Below are positions 55,577 to 64,000 of a DNA stretch of 64,000 nt, in pieces. Source of the DNA: Spirochaetia bacterium (lineage in GTDB: Bacteria > Spirochaetota > Spirochaetia > UBA9216); the NCBI GenBank assembly GCA_963677925.2, contig CAXXYH010000003.1, forward strand, positions 2,048,001-2,112,000. The letters run 5' to 3'. The stretch's first letter is position 1; each line of letters opens with the position of its first letter. The notes beneath the pieces are model-generated. The model was not told the DNA's origin. It worked only from the letters and a program-made list of their open reading frames with translations, and did not search any database. The translations under genes and the position numbers were made by a program.

Positions 55577-57109
55577 TTGGAATATCAAATTGAAATGTTG
55601 AACATTACCAAGGAATTTCCCGGTATATTGGCAAATGACAATATTTCCCTGCAGTTAAAACATGGAGAAATTCATGCCCTGCTGGGTGAAAACGGCGCCG
55701 GGAAATCTACACTTATGAGTATTCTTTTCGGGCTTTATAAACCTGACAACGGAATAATAAAGAAAAACGGCAAGCAGATTCAGATAAGCAACCCCAATGA
55801 CGCCAACGCTCAGGGCATTGGAATGGTGCACCAGCATTTTAAACTGGTTCACAATTTTACTGTTCTGGAAAATATAATACTGGGAGTTGAGAGTACAAAA
55901 AACGGTGTGCTTGAGATGGACAGCGCCAGAAAGAAGGTTGTCGATCTCAGTAAAAAATACAACCTGTTGGTAGATCCGGATGCGATTATCTCGGAGATAA
56001 CTGTAGGAATGCAGCAGCGTGTTGAAATCCTTAAAATGCTTTACCGAGACAACGATATCCTGATTTTTGACGAGCCTACTGCAATGCTTACACCTCAGGA
56101 GATTGTCGAACTCATCGAAATAATGAAGGGCCTGGTGAAGGAAGGTAAATCTGTACTGTTCATCACACATAAACTTGAAGAAATCAAACAGGTAGCAGAT
56201 AGATGTACGGTCCTCCGAAAGGGTAAATACATAGAGACCGTCGATGTGGCCTCTACTTCAAAGGAAACGATGTCGGAACTGATGGTTGGACGCAAGGTTG
56301 AATTTGTAGTAACGAAGGATGAAGCCGTTCCGTCAGATGTAGTTCTGGATGTAAAAAATCTGACCGTCCATTCAAAGAACAGTGAAAAGAATATGGTACA
56401 TGACGTCACCTTCCAGGCCAGGAGGGGAGAAATTCTCTGTATTGCAGGAATTGACGGAAACGGTCAGACAGAACTTGTATATGCTTTAACAGGACTTATC
56501 AAGGCTTCAAGCGGCGAAGTGTTTCTCAACGGGGAAGATATTACACATGCCAGCATCCGGAAAAGAAGCGAACTTGGAATGTCGCATATACCTGAAGACA
56601 GGCACAAACACGGACTGGTACTTGATTACAGTCTGGACAAGAACCTTGTACTTCAGAAATACTTTAAGAAAGAGTTTCAGAACCGGGGCTTTCTAAAATT
56701 TCAAAAAATAACCGAGTATGCCAACAAGCTGATTAAATCATTTGATATACGCAGCGGGCAGGGGGCAAGGACGATAACGCGATCTATGTCCGGCGGAAAC
56801 CAGCAGAAGGCAATTGTAGCCAGGGAAATTGATAAGGACCCTGAAATACTGATTGCTGTTCAGCCCACAAGGGGACTCGATGTAGGCGCTATAGAGTACA
56901 TACATAAGCAGCTGGTAAAACAGAGGGATAACAACAAGGCAGTTCTGCTGCTGTCCCTTGAACTTGATGAGGTAATGAATGTGAGTGACAGGATTCTGGT
57001 AATTCATAACGGAGAGCTGGTAGGGAATCTAAATCCGAAAGAGATAACAGTTCAGGAGCTTGGTCTTTATATGTCAGGCGCAAAAAAGGAGAGCTCCAGT
57101 GAAAAATAA
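55577..57109 (+). CDS. Nucleoside ABC transporter ATP-binding protein (CUT2, tandem ABC)
   Basis: GENGAGKST, DEPTA, SGGNQQK and QPTRGLDVG motifs; TTG start with SD GGAGG. Confidence 0.93.
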   Translation: MEYQIEMLNITKEFPGILANDNISLQLKHGEIHALLGENGAGKSTLMSILFGLYKPDNGIIKKNGKQIQISNPNDANAQGIGMVHQHFKLVHNFTVLENIILGVESTKNGVLEMDSARKKVVDLSKKYNLLVDPDAIISEITVGMQQRVEILKMLYRDNDILIFDEPTAMLTPQEIVELIEIMKGLVKEGKSVLFITHKLEEIKQVADRCTVLRKGKYIETVDVASTSKETMSELMVGRKVEFVVTKDEAVPSDVVLDVKNLTVHSKNSEKNMVHDVTFQARRGEILCIAGIDGNGQTELVYALTGLIKASSGEVFLNGEDITHASIRKRSELGMSHIPEDRHKHGLVLDYSLDKNLVLQKYFKKEFQNRGFLKFQKITEYANKLIKSFDIRSGQGARTITRSMSGGNQQKAIVAREIDKDPEILIAVQPTRGLDVGAIEYIHKQLVKQRDNNKAVLLLSLELDEVMNVSDRILVIHNGELVGNLNPKEITVQELGLYMSGAKKESSSEK

Positions 57110-58211
57110 ATCACGTAATTTATTAAACTCCTACGGACTGTCAAATTTCATAGCATCGTTTTCCGCTATAATAATCGGCCTTATTTTCGGCCTGATTATT
57201 CTGCTTATTACAAACCCGAATCAGGCATTTGCCGGTTTCAGGACAATCCTGCTGGGAGGACTCAGCGGAAAAGCAAAGGGTTTCGGAAATATATTTTATA
57301 TTGCCACTCCACTCATAATGACAGGTTTGTCTGTTGGTTTCGCTTTCAAGACTGGACTATTTAATATAGGGGCATCAGGACAGCTGATTGTGGGAGCCTA
57401 TGTATCAGTCATAATTGGTGTTTACTGTCCGCAGCTTGGCCCATTTCAGTGGGTAGTTGCCATTCTTGGAGGAATGGTAGCCGGTGCAATTTGGGCATCG
57501 GTTGCGGGTCTTCTTAAAGCCTTCCTGAATGTTAACGAAGTTATAACCTGTATCATGATGAACTATATAGGGATGCATATGGTAAACACACTGGTTGTTC
57601 ATACTGTATACGATAAACTCAGAAACCAGTCCTTGAATGTTGCAGAGTCGGCATCAATTCCGACCATGGGTTTTGATACACTGTTTAAGGGCTCAAGCCT
57701 TCATGCAGGCTTTCTGATTGCCCTTCTGGCAGCCGTTATCATTCACATCATCCTGAAGAAGACAGTCTTCGGCTATGAACTTGTTGCCTGCGGCTATAAT
57801 CCCGAAGCATCCAAGTACGCAGGAATTAACGCCAAGAGAAATATCGTGCTTTCAATGACTATTGCAGGAGCCCTTTCGGGGATAGCAGGCGGACTGATGT
57901 ATCTGGCAAGCACTGGAAAGCATATAGAGGTTCTGGATATTCTGGCCAACGAAGGCTTTATGGGAATCCCTGTAGCCCTGCTCGGTCTGTCGAACCCGGT
58001 CGGTATAGTGCTGTCGGCAATATTCATAGGCTACATAACACTCGGCGGATTCTATATGCAGCTCTACGATTTCGTTCCGGAAATCATCGATATAATTATT
58101 GCCTCAATAATATACTTCAGCGCCTTCGCCCTGATAGTCAAGAATTTCCTAAGCAGGTTTCAGGACAAACGGGAGAAGGATGAGCCGGGCGATAAAGGAG
58201 GGAAGGCATAA
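57099..58211 (+). CDS. Nucleoside ABC transporter permease
   Basis: FKTGLFNIGASGQ, NEVITCIMMNY, KTVFGYEL and GFMGIPVALLG motifs; GTG start. Confidence 0.9.
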   Translation: MKNKSRNLLNSYGLSNFIASFSAIIIGLIFGLIILLITNPNQAFAGFRTILLGGLSGKAKGFGNIFYIATPLIMTGLSVGFAFKTGLFNIGASGQLIVGAYVSVIIGVYCPQLGPFQWVVAILGGMVAGAIWASVAGLLKAFLNVNEVITCIMMNYIGMHMVNTLVVHTVYDKLRNQSLNVAESASIPTMGFDTLFKGSSLHAGFLIALLAAVIIHIILKKTVFGYELVACGYNPEASKYAGINAKRNIVLSMTIAGALSGIAGGLMYLASTGKHIEVLDILANEGFMGIPVALLGLSNPVGIVLSAIFIGYITLGGFYMQLYDFVPEIIDIIIASIIYFSAFALIVKNFLSRFQDKREKDEPGDKGGKA

Positions 58212-58213
58212 AT

Positions 58214-59167
58214 ATGAACAGTTTATTTTTTCTTATACAGCAGACAATGTTCTTTTCAATCCCACTGCTCGTTGTTGCCCTCGGCGGTATGTTTTCCGAA
58301 CGAAGCGGAGTCGTAAATATTGCACTGGAAGGAATCATGATAATGGGTGCCTTTACCAGTATTTTCACTATTCATTTTCTGCAGGACAGCATGAGCGGTC
58401 AGGGACTTCTTCTGATAGCAATACTGGTCGCAGTAGTTACTGGTATGATTTTTTCACTGCTGCATGCCTACGCTTCAATAAACATGAAAGCTGACCAGGT
58501 TATCAGCGGAACCGCTCTGAATATGTTTGCACCCGCATTCGCAACCTTCGTTGCAAGAACAGTTCAGGGAGTAAAAGAAATATCGTTCGTCAATACATTC
58601 AGAATTGAGGAAGTCCCCGGACTTTCTAAAATTCCCCTTCTGGGACCCATGTTTTTTCAGAATACATACATCACAACATACCTTGGATTTCTGATTCTGA
58701 TTCTATCATGGTTTGTTCTGTTCAAGACTAGGTTCGGCCTTAGGCTGCGCTCCTGCGGTGAACACCCCCATGCTGCAGATTCAGTCGGTATCAATGTTTA
58801 TAAAATACGCTATGCCGGGGTTATTCTCTCCGGAGCACTTGCAGCGCTTGGAGGGCTGATATTCGTAGTTCCGACATCGACAAGCTTTAATGCAACTGTT
58901 TCAGGATACGGATTTCTCGCCCTTGCTGTGCTTATCTTCGGACAATGGAACCCGAAACGCATTCTAATGGCAGCCTTCTTCTTCGGACTTATGAAGACGA
59001 TCTCTGCAGCATACTCGGGAATCCCCTTTCTTCAGGATCTGAGTATCCCGAAAGATATCTATAAAATGATTCCGTATATTGCAACTCTGCTGGTACTTGC
59101 ACTTTCATCAAAGAACTCTCAGGCCCCGAAGGCTTCCGGCCAGCCTTATGACAAGGGTTCAAGGTAA
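58214..59167 (+). CDS. Nucleoside ABC transporter permease
   Basis: SERSGVVNIALEG, KTRFGLRLRSCGEHP and GFLALA.LIFGQW motifs. Confidence 0.92.
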   Translation: MNSLFFLIQQTMFFSIPLLVVALGGMFSERSGVVNIALEGIMIMGAFTSIFTIHFLQDSMSGQGLLLIAILVAVVTGMIFSLLHAYASINMKADQVISGTALNMFAPAFATFVARTVQGVKEISFVNTFRIEEVPGLSKIPLLGPMFFQNTYITTYLGFLILILSWFVLFKTRFGLRLRSCGEHPHAADSVGINVYKIRYAGVILSGALAALGGLIFVVPTSTSFNATVSGYGFLALAVLIFGQWNPKRILMAAFFFGLMKTISAAYSGIPFLQDLSIPKDIYKMIPYIATLLVLALSSKNSQAPKASGQPYDKGSR

Positions 59168-59179
59168 AAGGAGAGTTTA

Positions 59180-59992
59180 ATGAGTAAATATTCAGAAACA
59201 CTGGATTTTCTAAAAAAGAATAATTTTGATAATACGGAAACAGCTCTGATTCTAGGATCAGGGCTGGGCATACTTGCTGATGAACTGGAAGACAGGGTAT
59301 CGCTTGCATACAGTGATATTCCCGGCTTTCCGGTATCAACGGTAGAAGGCCATAAGGGCGCTCTTGTAAAAGGTAATCTCAACGGCAAGCCCGTTATTGC
59401 AATGCAGGGCCGCTTCCATTTTTACGAGGGTTATGATATGAAGACCCTCGTGTATCCGGTGCGGATAATGCATCTGCTTGGTGTAGAAAAACTGGTTGTT
59501 ACCAATGCCGCCGGCGGTGTGAATACATCCTACAAGCCCGGGAACCTGATGCTTATAAGCGATCACATAAAAATGGTTGCCGACTCACCCCTTCGCGGCC
59601 TCAACGAAGCCGAGCTGGGGCCGCGTTTCAACGATATGAGCGAAGCCTACTCGAAAGAACTTAGAAAAACAGCAAAGGCTGCTGCTGAAAAAATTGGTAT
59701 AAGCGTTCAGGAAGGAGTCTATGCCTACATGACCGGTCCAAGCTATGAGACTCCGGCCGAAATAAGGGCACTCAGGGTTATGGGGGCTGATGCTGTCGGA
59801 ATGAGCACAGTACCAGAGGTTATAGCCGCAAGTCACATGGGAATGAAGGTCCTTGGCATCTCATGTATTACAAACATGGCAGCAGGAATTCTGGACCAGC
59901 CCCTGAATCATCAGGAAGTTGTTGAAACAGCCAATATGGTTCAGAATGATTTTATCAAATATATAAAAGAAATCATCAGTCAGATAGGCTGA
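59180..59992 (+). CDS. punA: Purine-nucleoside phosphorylase (trimeric type)
   Basis: ILGSGLG, GRFHFYEG, TNAAGG, GPSYETPAE, VGMSTVPE and ITN motifs. Confidence 0.92.
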   Translation: MSKYSETLDFLKKNNFDNTETALILGSGLGILADELEDRVSLAYSDIPGFPVSTVEGHKGALVKGNLNGKPVIAMQGRFHFYEGYDMKTLVYPVRIMHLLGVEKLVVTNAAGGVNTSYKPGNLMLISDHIKMVADSPLRGLNEAELGPRFNDMSEAYSKELRKTAKAAAEKIGISVQEGVYAYMTGPSYETPAEIRALRVMGADAVGMSTVPEVIAASHMGMKVLGISCITNMAAGILDQPLNHQEVVETANMVQNDFIKYIKEIISQIG

Positions 59993-60012
59993 TTTTTCTT
60001 ACACCATTGATA

Positions 60013-60049
60013 TTGACTTAATCAGTCTATTTAGTTAGCATGCTAACTA
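60013..60049 (+). promoter_or_regulatory. marR promoter with perfect 18-bp operator palindrome
   Basis: TTGACT-N17-TAGCAT; the palindrome TAGTTAGCATGCTAACTA (60032-60049) covers the -10 element. Confidence 0.7.
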
Positions 60050-60051
60050 TC

Positions 60052-60498
60052 ATGGACATTTCAAAGACCGGAGACCTTACATTCGATGCCCTTTTATCAA
60101 TTCTTGAAGGCGGAATGATGCTGCAGAATGATATTGAGGCATTTCTAAATCCATATGGAATTTCCCACAGCCGTTTTTCAATTTTGATTACGATAAGCCG
60201 AAGCGGAGATGAGGGGATGATTCACAGTGAGATTTCCAGACTGCTGGGCAGAAGTAAACCTACCATAACCGGAATGCTGGTAAAACTTGAAAATGATGCC
60301 CTGATTGAATGCCTGCAGGATCAAAGAGATTTGAGAAAAAAAACCTACAGACTTACAAATAAGGGACAGGAGCTTATAGCATCAGTTGCAGAACCTTATA
60401 ACAGAAGGCTTGCAATGATGGCAGAGTCCTTGAACGTTGAGGATAAACAAAGTCTGATTACTATCATCTCCAAAATAAGGTTTCCGGTGCAGGAATAG
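60052..60498 (+). CDS. MarR-family transcriptional regulator
   Basis: YGISHSRFSIL, SEIS...KPTITGML.KLE and DLRKKTYRLT.KG motifs. Start moved from 60040, which lies within the -10 element, to 60052. Confidence 0.85.
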   Translation: MDISKTGDLTFDALLSILEGGMMLQNDIEAFLNPYGISHSRFSILITISRSGDEGMIHSEISRLLGRSKPTITGMLVKLENDALIECLQDQRDLRKKTYRLTNKGQELIASVAEPYNRRLAMMAESLNVEDKQSLITIISKIRFPVQE

Positions 60499-60509
60499 GA
60501 AAGCAGCCT

Positions 60510-60821
60510 ATGAAAAACTATACCGGCTACTTTAACGTATTGAAACATCACTGCCTTGCAGGCGCGTCTGCAGACATCGATGCCGTAATGGCCGAGCTTG
60601 ATAATAACACAGACCTGCCTACAACAAGAGCTATAGACTTTTTCCTGAGCCTGGTGGATTCAGAGGAAGGTATTAAAAGGATTGAATACTACCTGTTCAA
60701 CGGCAGTCAGATTCAGAGAAACTACTGCACCCTGCTTTTTGCCAGAAGAAATGAATGGAAGCTTGTAAACAGGGCATATGAAATGGGCCTGGTAGATAAA
60801 ACCCAGGCCTATTCCCGATAG
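60510..60821 (+). CDS. Hypothetical protein co-transcribed with marR
   Basis: 103-aa ORF 11 bp after marR; no recognised motif. Confidence 0.65.
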   Translation: MKNYTGYFNVLKHHCLAGASADIDAVMAELDNNTDLPTTRAIDFFLSLVDSEEGIKRIEYYLFNGSQIQRNYCTLLFARRNEWKLVNRAYEMGLVDKTQAYSR

Positions 60822-60823
60822 CC

Positions 60824-61648
60824 TCAGATGGTAAGCCGGGTGCCGGAATGTATTTCCCGGTAGCCGGGGCACCTTTCCGCCAGGACTTTTCTGGCATGAT
60901 CGCCTGTACAGTGGCAGAGACCAAGGTTCCCTATACCATTATCAGCAAAGTATTCAACAGTCTTATCAAGGCGGCTGCTGTCTCCGGCAACCAGATGCGT
61001 ACCGCCAATTATGGTTTTAACAGGTTCATCGAACAGGGTCTTTATATAGTCGACAATATTCATAATGCCGGCATGAGAACATCCGACAATTACTGTAAGC
61101 CCGTCATCCTGCCTTAGAACAAGCAGAGCTTCATCCGCAAATCTATCAATACGGTCAAAGTCCTTTTCAAGAATAAATTCTGAGCTGATCTTTTCAATAT
61201 CATTGGTTCTTTTAAATCCGGACACAACAAAAATATCCGGCGCAATCTCGACCGCTCCTGAGGCAATTTTCCGATGAGTAATACCCTGCTCCGCCAGGAA
61301 GGCGGAATCAAAGTCGTTGCCTATGTATTTAAGTTTATTATCACGGAATACGTACTTGCCGTCGAGAAAGCCCTTTCCAGTGTAAAGGGTAAAATCTGTT
61401 GTTATTTCACAGAGCTTCCGGAATCCTCCGGAATGATCTGAATGTCCGTGACTGATAATGACATCGCTAACTTTGGAAAGGTCCTTCCCCAGAGCTTCCG
61501 CGTTGGCAGTAAATTTTCCGGTTTCACCGGTATCAAACAGAATTGATTTATCACCGGCTTCAATATAAAAGGAAAGCCCGTGTTCCGCTTTAAGCCCGGA
61601 ACCGGTCTCTGGATAATTTTCAATAAGAACGGTAATTTCAGCCTTCAT
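60824..61648 (-). CDS. MBL-fold metallo-hydrolase (COG1237-like)
   Basis: AEHGLS, LFDTG, SHGHSDHSGG, GCSHAG, GGTHL and HCTG motifs. Confidence 0.88.
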   Translation of the reverse strand: MKAEITVLIENYPETGSGLKAEHGLSFYIEAGDKSILFDTGETGKFTANAEALGKDLSKVSDVIISHGHSDHSGGFRKLCEITTDFTLYTGKGFLDGKYVFRDNKLKYIGNDFDSAFLAEQGITHRKIASGAVEIAPDIFVVSGFKRTNDIEKISSEFILEKDFDRIDRFADEALLVLRQDDGLTVIVGCSHAGIMNIVDYIKTLFDEPVKTIIGGTHLVAGDSSRLDKTVEYFADNGIGNLGLCHCTGDHARKVLAERCPGYREIHSGTRLTI

Positions 61649-62638
61649 CTAGAGTTCCAGATTTTTAACGGCTAGGCTGTACGCATTCCAGGTAGTTCTG
61701 ACTATTGTATCCAGATCGCTGCATTCGGGTTTCCACCCAAGCAGAGATGTTGCCTTTTTGGAAGTAGCATATAATCCGGCTGGATCACCGGGGCGTCTTC
61801 CAACAATTTCTGCAGGAATCTCCCTGCCTGTAACCTCCCGAGCCTTGCCCAGGATATCGAGGACACTGAGGCCTGTTTCCGAACCGAGGTTGACTGTAAG
61901 GCTCTCATCTTTTTCAGTGATATAATCAAGCGCCATAACGTGGGCACGGGCCAGGTCTGTAACATGAACATAGTCACGAACACCTGTTCCGTCATGAGTA
62001 TCATAGTCATTGCCGAAAATCAGCAGCTTTTCACGCATACCGGCGGCCGCTTCCATTATTACGGGAATAAGATTCGCCGGGGCCTTCTCAAGCCCTGTAA
62101 TTTCACCATCGGGATCGTAGCCGGCGGCATTGAAGTATCTGAGAGCAGCAAACCGCAAACCCTTGATTTTATCGTACCAGGAGAGGAATCTTTCAATTTC
62201 AAGCTTGGTAAATCCGTAATAATTTTCAGGGTTTGTGGGATGATTTTCATCCATCGGCAGATATTCAGGTTCACCGAATACAGCGGCGGATGATGAAAAT
62301 ATGAACTTTTTAACATCATAGTCGCACATTGTATTAAGAATATTCATGGTTCCGCAGATGTTGTTGATTGAATATTTTTCAGGTTTAATCATTGATTCAC
62401 CGGCGGCTTTGAAAGCAGCAAGATGGACAACGGCCTCGGCCTCTGACGCCCTGAAAGCGGCTTCAAGCTGCTGTGGCTCAAGAATGTCGCCCTCAATAAA
62501 TGCCGCCTTTTCAAAAAGGTTATCCTTACAGCCTGAGCTCATGTTGTCAAAAACAGTGACTTCGTGATTTTTTGCAAGCAGAGCCTTAACAACATGACTG
62601 CCGATATAACCTGCTCCGCCTATAACTAAAACTTTCAT
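61649..62638 (-). CDS. galE: UDP-glucose 4-epimerase
   Basis: GGAGYIGSH, FSSSAAV, YGFTK, LRYFNAAG and DGTGVRDYVHV motifs. Confidence 0.95.
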   Translation of the reverse strand: MKVLVIGGAGYIGSHVVKALLAKNHEVTVFDNMSSGCKDNLFEKAAFIEGDILEPQQLEAAFRASEAEAVVHLAAFKAAGESMIKPEKYSINNICGTMNILNTMCDYDVKKFIFSSSAAVFGEPEYLPMDENHPTNPENYYGFTKLEIERFLSWYDKIKGLRFAALRYFNAAGYDPDGEITGLEKAPANLIPVIMEAAAGMREKLLIFGNDYDTHDGTGVRDYVHVTDLARAHVMALDYITEKDESLTVNLGSETGLSVLDILGKAREVTGREIPAEIVGRRPGDPAGLYATSKKATSLLGWKPECSDLDTIVRTTWNAYSLAVKNLEL

Positions 62639-62659
62639 AACTTCTCCTAAAAATTGACA

Positions 62660-63940
62660 CTAAAGGATTTTACCGGCCTTCAGCTGCCTGACGCTCAGTT
62701 CAGTTACTGCCCCGGTCCCAAAAACACTTTCCATCAAAGAACGGTAACTGTCAAGCCTGTCTGCAGGAATAAAAGCCTGAATGGAGCCGGCAAAGCCCCC
62801 GCCCTGAATCCTGCAGGCTCCCTGCCCTTCAAGAAAGTCTTCAGTGAGCTTCAGAGCAAGACTGACAGCCTGATTCTGCGGATGTGATCCCTGGTATATG
62901 TTCTGCAGATATTTAAACGATGAGTTGCCGGAGGCTTCTGCAAGACTGAAATATTCTTCTATATTATCATCCTGTAAAGCGGTAAACATGGCAGCGGCTC
63001 TATCCGTCTCACTTAGAAAATGTAGCGTCCGCAGCACTGCCCTGTCGCCATGCAGTTTTCTTATTTCGGGAATGAGTTGGACAAGCTGTTCGCGGTCTAC
63101 CTCTCTGCAGTTCTGCTTTCCGAAATATCCGGCAACCTGCCTCATCTCATTAGGGATCGCGCTGTATTCATCCGCAAGCTCAGCATGGCTCGATCTGCTG
63201 TCAACGGCGGTGAGCACATATCCATGACTCCGGAAATCGTAGCTGCACTGGCGGATAAGAGGTGCATCATCTCCGTAAAAATCGATCCCGACAATTCCGG
63301 CACAGGCACAGGCTACCTGATCCATCAAGCCTGATGCCTTTCCGAAATAATTGTTTTCGGCATACTGCCCGGCTTTCGCTATCTCAACAGGAGAAATCTC
63401 CCCTTCGTTATACAGCTCATTCAGAATCGAGCCTATCAGAACTTCAACAGAGGCTGAGGAACTCAGGCCTGAACCCTGAGCAACTTCAGAGTTCACACAG
63501 CAGCTGAAACCGCCGGTACGGTAATTGAGTTGTTCAAATCCGGAAAGGATGCCCCTGAGCAGCGATATCGTAGTTTCCTTCTCTTCCTCACGGAAGCTGC
63601 TGTCAGATGAATCCATTATTACAGGGTTATAACCATCTGAATGAAAATGTATCATACTGCTTTCCGATACAGACACTACAGCCAATGTATCAAGGGTTAC
63701 CCCTGCGGCCAGGACAATTCCCAGATTGTGGTCGGTATGGTTCCCGCCCAGTTCGGTTCTTCCGGGAGCGCTGACCATAAGTACGTCCTGCTCTCCGAAG
63801 GTACGGCGATGCTCATCAAGCAGTTTGATGTAACGGTTTTTTACTGAGCTCAAGTCGGTGTCATGATATACATCGCTTAATAAGCAATCATATTTACCAT
63901 CTGATATTTCACCTGATAATACGCTGCTTAGTTTAGTCAT
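62660..63940 (-). CDS. galK: Galactokinase (GHMP family)
   Basis: APGRTELGGNHTDH, GSGLSSSA, GLMDQ and GGGFAG motifs; upstream of galE. Confidence 0.88.
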   Translation of the reverse strand: MTKLSSVLSGEISDGKYDCLLSDVYHDTDLSSVKNRYIKLLDEHRRTFGEQDVLMVSAPGRTELGGNHTDHNLGIVLAAGVTLDTLAVVSVSESSMIHFHSDGYNPVIMDSSDSSFREEEKETTISLLRGILSGFEQLNYRTGGFSCCVNSEVAQGSGLSSSASVEVLIGSILNELYNEGEISPVEIAKAGQYAENNYFGKASGLMDQVACACAGIVGIDFYGDDAPLIRQCSYDFRSHGYVLTAVDSRSSHAELADEYSAIPNEMRQVAGYFGKQNCREVDREQLVQLIPEIRKLHGDRAVLRTLHFLSETDRAAAMFTALQDDNIEEYFSLAEASGNSSFKYLQNIYQGSHPQNQAVSLALKLTEDFLEGQGACRIQGGGFAGSIQAFIPADRLDSYRSLMESVFGTGAVTELSVRQLKAGKIL

Positions 63941-64000
63941 TTTCGACCCCGGTATAATGGATTTCAGAAAGCCCCCGGAGAATTTCTGCCGCGCCTTCGG

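Noticed and set aside
1-64000. The many 60-310 aa ORFs antisense to or nested in identified genes (e.g. 36041..36964, 31389..32045, 4657..5130, 55655..56170)
   Set aside because: Shadow ORFs of well-supported genes, with no motifs or translation signals.
1-64000. CRISPR array, rRNA, tRNA, integrase or transposase
   Set aside because: None recognised by eye; no regularly spaced repeats or RNA gene signatures.

Overview
Bacterial chromosomal window, most likely from a free-living Spirochaetota (Spirochaetaceae-like). This is inferred from Cys-less 'FAGGQxE/FAFGAKE' signal peptides, a BMP nucleoside ABC transporter, a FlgD-Ig/OmpA protein and HDOD and double-receiver proteins. The core blocks are rsmI-flgM-FeADH-trmH, a pyrD-pyrK-pyrC-pyrE/F-pyrB-pyrI operon with a eukaryote-type UMP synthase fusion, a two-component pair, pheST, a nucleoside salvage cluster (deoB, BMP ABC, PNP) and galK-galE. 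An accessory, visibly AT-richer region (about 32.36-46.02 kb) lies between pheS and a patatin gene. It carries a sigma54 operon (NhaC-RidA-PatB/MalY-DUF169), an OYE-family reductase, two paralogous STAS-like genes, higBA and a GxxExxY gene. The most notable unannotated signals are: (1) a ~126-nt branched hairpin upstream of the GxxExxY gene with the architecture of a single-stranded-DNA (Frpo/ssi-like) promoter; (2) diverged ~55-bp inverted repeats bracketing the accessory region; (3) a Phe-rich leader peptide with terminator/antiterminator upstream of pheS; (4) a terminator overlapping the pyrD stop codon; (5) an Fe-ADH that lacks its metal ligands, downstream of a perfect sigma28 flgM promoter. 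No rRNA, tRNA, CRISPR array, integrase or transposase was recognised. All calls come from manual reading; no searches were run.
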